Shown here: one piece after another, positions 13,192-23,062 of the stretch
Numbering within the stretch: position 1 is the stretch's first letter
Layout of the letters: each line of letters opens with the position of its first letter
DNA from: Podarcis gaigeae
Taxonomy: Eukaryota
Assembly (NCBI GenBank): GCA_964106915.2
Contig: OZ066915.1
DNA: 64,000 nucleotides
Strand: one strand, 5' to 3'
Made by a program: the position numbers and the translations under genes
The notes under the pieces: generated by a model
Seen by the model: the letters and a program-made list of their open reading frames with translations, nothing else
The model's database searches: none
What the model was told of the DNA's origin: nothing

Positions 13192-13381
13192 TTCTGAACC
13201 CAGACAACAGCTTTGAAATCCTGGTTGATCAAACTGTTGTAAACAGTGGGAATCTTCTTTCTGATATGACCCCTGCCGTGAATCCGCCACGAGAGATAGA
13301 GGACCCAAATGACCAGAAACCAGAGGATTGGGATGAGAGAGCTAAGATTCCAGACCCAGATGCTGTTAAGCCAGATGATTG
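13192..13381 (+). CDS. CANX: Calnexin coding exon 7 (start of P domain)
   Basis: ctag|[13 protein letters not shown]...[29 protein letters not shown]|gtgagt. Confidence 0.98.
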
Positions 13382-14339
13382 GTGAGTAGCTGTTGAAATT
13401 TAAGGAACCTTGGGAGAGGCTTGCTCCAACAGCTTTTTCTGAGAGTGGCTTGAAAAGAAGCATAAAGGGAAGTAACTGGAGTGTAGTTTTTCTAGTGTAT
13501 TCTCTGGTTTTCTAGGTAATCCTTAATTACATTCCCATATATCTGCGTGAGCATTGGGCAGAGACTAGATTGTGGTTGAACCTCAGGAAGGTTAGAAATG
13601 GGCTGAGGGGAGGTGGTCTGATTATTGTTCTGCAGATTCAGTCACAAATCAGCTGAAGTCTGTGTCTTTTCTGCAGTCTGTGCTGTTTGAAAGGCCTTGA
13701 GCTAGCTGCTGCTGATCGCCCTGCTTTTCTGGCTCAGGGGATGCCAGCATGTAGCTCAACTTAGCACCTGAGAGGGGGATGAATTGCAAGCAGTTGCTAG
13801 AGACTGGAAGAACCAGGTTTATGGCACCACATTTTACCTCTCATGTCACCATCTGTAACACTGCTATGCTTTCACTTGCTGATGACATAACTTGGAAGGG
13901 AGTTTTGCAAGGCCAATTCTTCTGTGTTGCTTCCCAATCCTTAGCAAAGTGAGAGTGATAGTAACAAAAACATAGCAGTAAGTCCAACTGCCAGCCTGTT
14001 AACTTGTTCACAAGCTTGTTTGGCCTGGCTTGGTCCCAGTGGATCAGTCACCTCCCCCCCTTTTTTGTGTGAAGAGGTGAAAACTTTTGTTACAGGTTTT
14101 TTGGAGCCTCCTTGATTTTTGCCTACTTTTCCGAGGAGGGAAGGGTGGCGGGTGGCAACTAATAGGTTTTTCTTTCTCCTGATGAACAAAAGAGGAAGGA
14201 GGGTGACTGAATTGTACTTGACCCTGAATGTGGGTGTTGGATGCAAGTTGGAAAGACACACCAAAACTCATGGCTCTGAATAGTCAATTAATTAATTAAA
14301 GCATGTCCTGGTTGCATTTTATGTTATCTAAGCGCTTCT

Positions 14340-14698
14340 GGAGACGCGGGTGGCACTGTGGTCTAAACCACAGAGCCTAGGGCTTGCCGATCGGAAGGTC
14401 GGCGTTTGAATCCCTGCGACAAGGTGAGCACCCGTTGCTCAGACCCTGCTCCTGCCAACTTAGCAGTTCGAATGCACGTCAAAGTGCAAGTAGATAAATA
14501 GGTACCACTCTGGCAGGCAGGTAAATGGTGTTTCTGTGCACTGCTCTGGTTTCGCCAGAAACTGCTTAGTCATGCTGGCCACGTGACCGGGGGGGGGGGG
14601 GAGTCTGCGGACAAACGCCGGCTCCATCAGCCGGTAAAGCGAGATGAGCACTGCAACCCCAGAGTCATTTGTGACTGGGGTCCTTTACCTTCACCTTT
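14340..14698 (+). mobile_element. Sauria SINE
   Basis: 5' gggtggcactgtggtctaaaccacagagcctagggcttgccgatc, core aagtgcaagtagataaataggtacc, 3' tail cctttaccttcacctt; degenerate TSD aagcgcttct/aagagctcct. Confidence 0.9.
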
Positions 14699-14939
14699 TT
14701 AAAGAGCTCCTTAGCCTCAGGCAAGGAGAGCCGGTATGATCTCTTTTCCCTGTCAGTAGATGGCGGTGGCTGGTTCTTCAGGCACACCCTCTCCTGGCTT
14801 GCTAGCTACAGACAACTGGAGACCTGAGGAACAAGTTGAGAGTGGGGACAAAATGGAGGACAACTGGTGTTCTCTAGTAGCAAGGCCTTATTTTGTTAAC
14901 CATACTTCGCATGCTCTGTCAGAGTGCTCCAAATAGCTT

Positions 14940-15293
14940 AAAGGTAAAGGTAAAGGTACCCCTGCCCGTACGGGCCAGTCTTGACAGACTCTGGGGTTGT
15001 GCGCCCATCTCACTCAAGAGGCCAGGGGCCAGCGCTGTCCGAAGACACTTCCGGGTCACGTGGCCAGCGTGACATCGCTGCTCTGGCGAGCCAGAGCTGC
15101 ACACGGAAACGCCGTTTACCTTCCCGCCAGTAAGCGGTCCCTATTTATCTACTTGCACCCGGAGGTGCTTTCGAACTGCTAGGTTGGCAGGCGCTGGGAC
15201 CGAGCAACGGGAGCGCACCCCGCAGCGGGGATTCGAACCACCGACCTTTCGATCGGCAAGCCCTAGGCGCTGAGGCTTTAACCCACAGTGCCA
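14940..15293 (-). mobile_element. Sauria SINE (reverse orientation)
   Basis: (aaggta)n tail, ctatttatctacttgcac core, gggattcgaacc reverse B-box, gatcggcaagccctagg. Confidence 0.9.
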
Positions 15294-15646
15294 TGATACC
15301 CTAAAAAAATAAATGATACAGTAACATCACAATTATTACCATTGTAAAAGATATAACAGAGTGAAATAACTTGGAAATGAAAGACTAAACAGAAGGCAAA
15401 CCAAAGCTTGCCTAAAGAAGTCTTTATGCCCCTTATCTTGTTACCAGCTGTGGTCATGCAGGTGGGTCTCTCCAGCTGACCCCAAGAGATGGGCAGGATC
15501 AAAGATACCCTTCTTTTAAATTGTTGGGGACAGTAAGGTGATTCACTCATTGAGTTGCACCCAGAAATGACCTAGAAGGTCCCAACATCTACAGGCCTGG
15601 AGCAACATGCTCCCTGAAAGTGTTAATGGTTTCTTCCATCTTTTAG

Positions 15647-15760
15647 GGATGAGGATGCTCCTGCTAAGATTCCAGATGAGGATGCTGTGAAGCCAGAAGG
15701 TTGGCTAGATGATGAACCAGAATATGTTGCTGATCCTGATGCAGAGAAACCAGAAGATTG
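15647..15760 (+). CDS. CANX: Calnexin coding exon 8 (P domain)
   Basis: ttttag|[38 protein letters not shown]|gtaagt. Confidence 0.98.
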
Positions 15761-17329
15761 GTAAGTTAACCCTGATTCCACTTTGCAATGTCTTCAAACT
15801 AAAATAGTAACTCTGCTGGTGATCCTTAAAATAGGGGGTTTTTTGTGAGCATTTCAGTAACCACAACTAATATTTCCAGATGTGTGGTACTTAAACTTCT
15901 GTTCTGTTTTATGTTTAATATGTCTACTTGGCATCTAGTTGTATGTGTGGAACATAGCCTGATATACTTCAATGTATTCTGTGCTCAGGTTCATTTTTTT
16001 CACTGATTGAAAAACACAATTCTGTTACTGGTCTAAGACAGACACTTGGCTTGTTTGCCACTTTCAAAAGCAGGTGAGAGCTGTTGCCTTAATGTGCTGC
16101 TATGGGCTTTCTGGAAAGCTGCTGCTTAGTCCAGCGTTCCCCAAACTGCTGCCCATCAGCTCTTCTGAACTACAGGGGAAGGCTGGATTGCATGAACCCT
16201 TGGTCTGTACCCATTCTTTGACTGAAATGAAATGGGGTAATGGTCATAGTGAACTTGATCATTGAAATATGGCACTTGAAAGACCATACCTACTGGCCCA
16301 GATAGTCCAGATAGTCAGCAAACGAGCAGGTTGATGTTGGTCATTTTGTATGAATGACTTACATGGGAGTTGCTGTAGCACGCTCATATATGATCACTGC
16401 TGGAAGACATGATGTGTAGTTAGTTCAAGCCCATCTAGTCATGGTTACAGTTGGAACTCTTTTAGATGAGCAGCACAAAGAAAACAGAATGAGGAGTTCA
16501 GGAGTATGGATCTGAATTAATATTTGATTATAGTAGACTTGTGACTTCTTGCCCTGACTGGCCGAAGCCAGAAGTTCTTGGATTTGTTTCTTAAAAGACT
16601 TTCTTTCAAATGCACAAGTTGATGCAATCAAAGTCTATTGTTCAATCAAAGCTAGAGGTTGCATAACAGCTTTAAGACTTTGCCTGATGAAGAGATTGCT
16701 CTAAGCAGCTGTTGATAAGATTAATCAAGAAAGAAAGATAACTGTGAATGGATTTACAGATAGTGTGATCAGCATTGTGTTTCTCACACAAAGAAAGCTG
16801 CAAGCAAGTTGTGAAATTTCATGTATTCCCAAATTTTGTATTAGCTAGGGTGAGAGAAAACTCAGAGTATAAGAGGAATTCAGTAGTTGAGCAAAACCTA
16901 TAAGCTTTGTAACATTACTTGTATCTCACCAGCTTAGAGGCATTGTTAGTGGGTGGTTTGCTAGACCAGATGGGTGGAATATATATATGTTTAGAGGTGT
17001 CAGTGGTGTTGGAATTGGGTATTTGGTTACCTGGTGCAGCCAGTGAGGCAGAGTGAGACACATGACTTGCCTGTTGTTGAGTGGCAACTTGGGGGTAGGA
17101 GTTTACATGTCCTTACTGGTGGTGATAACTTGGTGGTGGGAGATGCTAACCTGCAAGTAGATCTAGTCAGAGTAACTCTGAAAGTGTTGTAGTCCCAGTC
17201 AAGTTCTTGCTGTAACTTATTTCTGCAGTAGCTCCCAGATCTGGGAAATTAATGGCCTGTTATGGATTGAGTCTGACTCCTTCTTGAAAGAGTAGGTTCA
17301 TAGCCTGGGAATGCTACGTGAGTCGTCTC

Positions 17330-17560
17330 TCTAATTGGAGGCCCAAGTAGCTTCAGTGGCGAGGAGTAGCTGGTTTGTTGGCTACAGTCATTCTTGGTTT
17401 GGGATAGCCTCGCCACAGTTTTGCATGCTCTGGCAGCCACCTATCTCAACTACTCTAATGTGCTGTTCCTAGGGTTATCCTTGATGAACGCTTTCTGGAA
17501 ATTGCAGCTAGTGCAGAATGCATTGGTGAAATCTGATGGAGCACCTCTTTGCATACCAGC
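17330..17560 (+). mobile_element. Degenerate L2-clade LINE ORF2 fragment
   Basis: Translates LATVLHAL..YLNYSNVLFLGL...WKLQLVQNA, the L2 post-RT motif. Confidence 0.65.
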
Positions 17561-18130
17561 CTGCCTGGGCATTGAGTTCAGCGTAGGAGGCTTTACTCTC
17601 CATTCCCTCAATGGTTGCGCCTTCTTGAGGGTTGTTCCCTGCCTTTAGGACTCATTCCCTGGAGGCACAGTTGGCTGTCTAGTTGACGTGTTCCCATTGT
17701 CATGGGAAAAGATTTCTGTTCACCCAAGCTTTACAGTGGATTTGATTAGCTTGCTCTGGATCAGAGGTATTTGTTGCTCTTCCAGTTTAATGTGCTTATG
17801 CTGTGCTTTTTAATGAACATAGGTTTTCACTTCTGTGTTCATTTTATTAAATAGTGTATATTGGCAAAAGGGGGTGTTTAAATAGTGGAAATAAGCTAAA
17901 TTATGCATTTTCTGAATTGTTAACACAAGTTGATTGTAATATGAATTTGCTTAAATTTTGAATTTATTTGATTATGCTAAGGTAAGGAATTCTAGCATAA
18001 TTAGTGTAATCATTTTGATTTTCAACACTGATAATTATTTCTAGATCAAAATTTCTACCATAGGTCAGAGACCTTTTAAATTTATTGTTAAAAAGTAAAT
18101 GGAGTCTTAAAACAGAGTTACCTTTTTCAG

Positions 18131-18287
18131 GGATGAAGATATGGATGGAGAGTGGGAGGCACCTCAGATTGCAAATCCCAAATGTGAATCTGCCCCTGGT
18201 TGTGGTGCTTGGCAACGTCCCACAATTGACAATCCCAACTATAAAGGCAAATGGAAAGCACCCATGATCGATAACCCTAACTACCAG
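18131..18287 (+). CDS. CANX: Calnexin coding exon 9 (P domain tip)
   Basis: ttcag|[52 protein letters not shown]|gtaaat. Confidence 0.98.
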
Positions 18288-19079
18288 GTAAATTATCTAG
18301 TATTACAAATTATATTTCATACTCCTATTTCAGGGTACATTCTTTGTATTCTGCTACTTTTTCAGCTATTTAAGACTAAACTATGATCTGGTTAACACAT
18401 AACACAGAGTCATGGTTTGTTTAACTATGGTTTGGTGTTTTGTCCAAACCAAAGGGCCTCACTTACCCATGGATTGTTTGGCTATGCCACACAAAAAACT
18501 TGCCAAGATACAGAGGCACAAGGCATAGAGCAATTGAAAATCATTTTGGCTAAACAAGCTTGGGGTATCATTATGTGCAAATACAGCCGTTACATGTCGT
18601 AGTCTAAGAGCAGGATAGAATTAAAATACTTCCAACAATGTTTTACTGATGTGTGCCTGAATTTTCCAGGAAAGGAAGCTAAGTGGGTTAAAAAAACAAC
18701 AACACCCACATACATACACAAAGTCCTTATTTGAATTTAGACCTGTATCTATCTCCATATAAAAGAGTTTCTATCTACAGGATCTAGGCAGTGGTCTTTC
18801 ACAGCCCTGCTTCCTGGAGATGTGAAAAGCTGAACCTGGGATTTTCTCCATACACAGCATGTGCTCTGCCATTGCTCTGTCGACAGACAGCTGCTGCAGA
18901 AGTGGGGAAAATAGCAAAACAAGAAACAAAGGGAAATAACAGTACATTGTATATATAGATGTTCAATAAGATTGTGAATATAAGCCAAGAATAAAATGAA
19001 GTATTCTAATCTGTTCAGAAATCTCTGAAGGGTCATTAAAATGAATTCTTGTGTTATAATTGTTCTGTTTCTTCATCAG

Positions 19080-19295
19080 GGCATCTGGAAGCCAAGAAAG
19101 ATTCCAAACCCAGATTTCTTTGAAGACTTGGAACCTTTCAGGATGACCCCCTTTGCTGCTCTTGGGCTTGAGTTATGGTCTATGACCTCTGACATATTAT
19201 TTGATAATTTCATCATCTGTACAGATCGGGCAGTGGCAGATGACTGGGGTAATGATGGATGGGGTCTGAAGAAGGCAGCTGATGGCGCTGCTGAG
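19080..19295 (+). CDS. CANX: Calnexin coding exon 10
   Basis: atcag|[20 protein letters not shown]...[18 protein letters not shown]...KKAADGAAE|gtgaga. Confidence 0.98.
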
Positions 19296-19354
19296 GTGAG
19301 AAATAAAAGCTTTGTTTCTGACAACAAGCAGGATAACAGACTAGAATCCAAATG

Positions 19355-20860
19355 TTGTTATTTAATTAAATTTGTATACTGCCCTATACCCACAGGTTTC
19401 AGGATAAAATTGGAATATAAAGCCACAAAACAGATAATCAAAATAAAAACAAGGACAACCCAACAACCCCTTCAACACATTTTAAAAGGGCATAGGATGT
19501 CAACCAACCAAAGGCTTGGTTAAACAGAAACGTTTTTGCCTGGCGTCTAAAGGTGTATAATGAAGGTGCCAGGTGAACCTCCCTGGGGAGAGCATTCCAC
19601 AGACGCGGAGCCCGTTCTCGTGTTGCCACCCTCCAGACCTCTTGTGGAGGAGGCACATGAAGAAGGGCCTCAGAATATTATCTTAGGGTCTGAGTATGGA
19701 AAGAGGTGGTCATTGATGTATTGTGGTCGTGAGCTGCTTTAAGGCTTTATAGGTCAAAACAAGCACTTTGAATTGGGCCCGGAAACTAATTGGTAGCCAG
19801 TGCAGTTGGACCACGATCGTTGTAATATGCGCACACCGTCTTAGTTCGGTGAGCAACATAGGCGCCGACTCCATGGGGCCTGAGGGGGCCCGAGCCCCCT
19901 CAAAAATTCGTTTGGGGGGCTCTGCCCCCCAATAATTTTAGAAAATTATTAGTTATATTATGCTTTGTAAAATCACAAAATTATGTTGGTATTTTTTATT
20001 TTCCTTGTTTGACGATAGTTACCTTTTAAAATACATTCAGTAATGAGTTAAAACATTACTGAATGTATTTTAAAACAAAGCCACTCCCGATCTAGAGAGG
20101 GGGTGGGGTTGCGGGCTCTCGACCCATCAACAATCTCGCGGGGCTGGCGTCAGCCCTGCGAGAAGCGGGGATTCCCCCTAGCTCATTAATATTCACCGCC
20201 CACGGCGGCAGCCAATCGGCTGCCGCAAAGGGCGGGCCCTCACAGGTTCACTTAAGGTGGGGCAGCCCGGGGCTCGCCCCTTTCGTTCCCCCAGCAGCAG
20301 CGGTTTGGAGGTCTTGGGCCCCCCCAATATTTTTTATAAGTCGGTATGGGCCCCCGCCCCCCCAATTTTTTGAGCAACCTGGCTGCTGAATTCTGCACTA
20401 GCTGAAGTTTCCAACCTGTTTTCAGGGGCAGCCCTACGTATAATGCATTGCAGTTATCTAACTTTGAGATTACCAGAGAATAGACAACAGTAGTTGGGCT
20501 ATCCCTGTCCAGTTTAGCTGGACCCCCAGCCAAAGCTGATGGAAGGCACTCTGCGCCACAGAGGCCACCTGAGCCTCAAGTGACATCAAAGGATCCAAGA
20601 GTACCTCCAAACTATAAACCTGCTCCTTCAGAGGAAGTGTAACCCCATCAAGAACAGGTGATCTCCTACCCATCCAGTCTAGGGAACAACCTACTAACAC
20701 TGCCTCAGTCTTACCTAGATTGAGTTTTGGTTTGTTGGCTCTCATCTGGTCCATTATCGAGGCAAGACACCGGTCGAGTACTTCCACTGCCTCACCTGCA
20801 GATATAAAGGAGAAATAGAGCTGAGTGTCATCAGCATACTGCTGACAATGTACTCCAAAC
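19355..20860 (-). mobile_element. 5'-truncated L2-clade LINE, interrupted by a nested insertion
   Basis: Minus strand gives QYADDTQL (RT core, about 20820-20845), SKLDNCNALYVGLPLK..KLQLVQNSAARLL and RLWNALPREVHLAPSLYTFRRQAKTFLF; frameshifted. Confidence 0.9.
19858..20370. mobile_element. hAT-like non-autonomous element nested in the L2
   Basis: 8-bp direct repeat TGAGCAAC at 19850-19857 and 20371-20378; left end ataggcgccgact, degenerate right end agtcgg; L2 homology resumes on both sides. Confidence 0.7.
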
Positions 20861-21251
20861 CTCTTTCTGTTCTTTGGTCATTAACAGATTTGTATGTCTT
20901 TTTTGAGTTAATAAACACACAGATCCCACTTTACAAATGTTCCCTATGCGAACATTCATATTGAAACATGAGGAATTAGTACCCAAACCTTGCTATGCAC
21001 ACTGCAGATTCAGACATTTGAATAGAGAGCATTTTTTTCTTCTTTGTTTACCTTTTGCTGGTTGGCTGAAGAATGGGGAGGTGTGATTGGACAGAACACA
21101 TAGCTTCTTTCCTGGGTTTTCCTGGGCTTTTTGGCTTGGAGGGGGGACAAAATTCCATGGTTGGGTGATTGTTAGATCTCTTGGGCAGCTATATTGCCTC
21201 ATAATCACTGCTAAGTACAGAGAACTTCATAGATTTTGATTTGTCTTCCAG

Positions 21252-21371
21252 CCCGGTGTTGTGGGTCAGATGATGGCAGCTGCTGAAGAGCGTCCCTGGC
21301 TTTGGGTAGTCTACATCCTTACTGTGGCTTTGCCTGTGTTTCTTGTTGTCCTCTTCTGCTGCTCTGGAAAG
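21252..21371 (+). CDS. CANX: Calnexin coding exon 11 (transmembrane helix and juxtamembrane CC)
   Basis: ccag|PGVVGQMMAAAEERPWLWVVYILTVALPVFLVVLFCCSGK|gtgtgt. Confidence 0.98.
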
Positions 21372-21479
21372 GTGTGTGTTTTGGAAACAACTGGTTTCAA
21401 AAGTATGTTGAGTAGGATTGGAATTGGAAGTGAATAGTCTCTGAGAAACTTACTTGTGGAATTCCTACAACTGTTTCAG

Positions 21480-21606
21480 AAACAGCCAAGTGCTGCAGAG
21501 TACAAAAAGACTGATGCCCCTCAGCCAGATGTAAATGAGGAAGAGAAAGTGGAGGAAAAAGACAAGGGAGAAGCAGCAGCAGAAGAAATACATGAAGAAA
21601 AGCCAG
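21480..21606 (+). CDS. CANX: Calnexin coding exon 12 (cytosolic tail)
   Basis: ttcag|KQPSAAEYKKTDAPQPDVNEEEKVEEKDKGEAAAEEIHEEKP|gtaagc. Confidence 0.96.
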
Positions 21607-21771
21607 GTAAGCAAAGTTGATGATATTCACTAGTCCCAAAATCACTAAAGCTTTATCCTTATAAAGTTACATATTTTAAAATTTGAAGCCTAATGTTGAA
21701 TTGGAGAGTAGGCAGCAAAAAACACAAGTATCCTGTAAATAATAGTAATAAAACCTTTTTACACACTTCAG

Positions 21772-21881
21772 AAGAAAAGCAGAGAGGTGATGGTGATGCA
21801 GGAAGTGCTAGTCAAGAGGAGGAGGAGGAGGAGGAGGAAGACGAAGACGAAGATGAAGAAGATAGCAAACCTATTACAGAG
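21772..21881 (+). CDS. CANX: Calnexin coding exon 13 (acidic tail)
   Basis: ttcag|EKQRGDGDAGSASQEEEEEEEEDEDEDEEDSKPITE|gtaagg. Confidence 0.95.
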
Positions 21882-22175
21882 GTAAGGGGGCTTTTTAATT
21901 GCAAAGTGTTGCACTAGAGCAAGCCTGGAGGTGGTAACCTGTTTATAAGAGTAGCCAGCAATGCAGTGCTTCCTAAATATGAACTGCAACCTCGGTGCCA
22001 TCAGTTGATGGGATCATTTCACTTCATAACCTGGGGAATCAGTTTTGTGAATTCTGAAAAGCCAATGTAACCTTCAAATAAATTTTGAAAAACTTGTGCG
22101 AATGGGATAAACACAGTTCCGTTGATATGCGTATTGTAGTTTAAATAAGTAGATCCTAGTCCAGGGTTGAAGAAT

Positions 22176-22450
22176 TCATGGCCCTCTAGATGTTGGACTC
22201 AAAACACCCATCAGCCGCTGGCGGAGGAAGAGGAGTGAGGGGGGAGCGCACCACCCCTGGCAGTGCAATCCCATTGGGGTGCCATTGCGGCTGCCCTCCG
22301 GCCCGCACTGGGCAGCGTGCCTGCAGGCAGCGTGCCCCGCCCCCACTTGCTCTCTGCCCCCCCCCCCCGGTGTCATCACTGCCATCACCACTGCCATCAG
22401 CCCCAATGGTCATAGGAGCTGTATCTAGAGGGCCACAGATTCTGCATCCT
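22176..22450. mobile_element. Squamate palindromic MITE-like repeat with a GC-rich insert
   Basis: tggccctctagat...atctagagggcca inverted ends; same type as copies near 61410-61550 and 61880-62010. Confidence 0.5.
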
Positions 22451-23008
22451 TTATCTAGTGCAACCTGCTCGCTAGTACAGGAAATCCAGCACTACAGCAT
22501 CAAAAAGAAAGAAAGATGGAGAACCACTTTTTTAAGGTGATCAGGCAACTTTCTTCCATGGCTGCTTTCTGTTGGATAATCCACTATCATAGACATTATG
22601 CCAACCAATCACAGCTGCTCAATATTTTTTTTGGGGGGGAGGCATTACAGTTCAATTGAAGAACATAAGCTTTAAATGTTTTTCTTTTTCTTCTTGGTTC
22701 TAATGTATTTATGTGGAAGTGTTGTCTGTATGTCTGTTGGAATGTCCTGGGCAAGATAAAAGGAACTGACAAATTCAATAAATAATAATAGATGACCATC
22801 TAACCCTGTTTTAAAAAACCTCAAACCAAGATGGGCTTTTCCACTGTTGAACAGTTCATATCTTCCAGAAGTTCTTCCTAATGTTTTGTTCAAATCCCAG
22901 TGAATAACTTCAAAGATACTTTCTCGTTGCTTTCTAAAGCTAAGAGGAAATTGAACACAGGAAGTGACTTCATATTTATGTAAGAGTTGTGTTCTTTTAT
23001 CTTTACAG

Positions 23009-23062
23009 GAGGAAGAAACTGTGAATAGATCCCCCCGAAACAGAAAACCAAGAAGAGATTGA
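23009..23062 (+). CDS. CANX: Calnexin last coding exon (ER-retrieval terminus)
   Basis: tacag|EEETVNRSPRNRKPRRD*. The summed CDS is 1827 nt = 608 aa plus stop. Confidence 0.97.
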   Translation, partial: EEETVNRSPRNRKPRRD

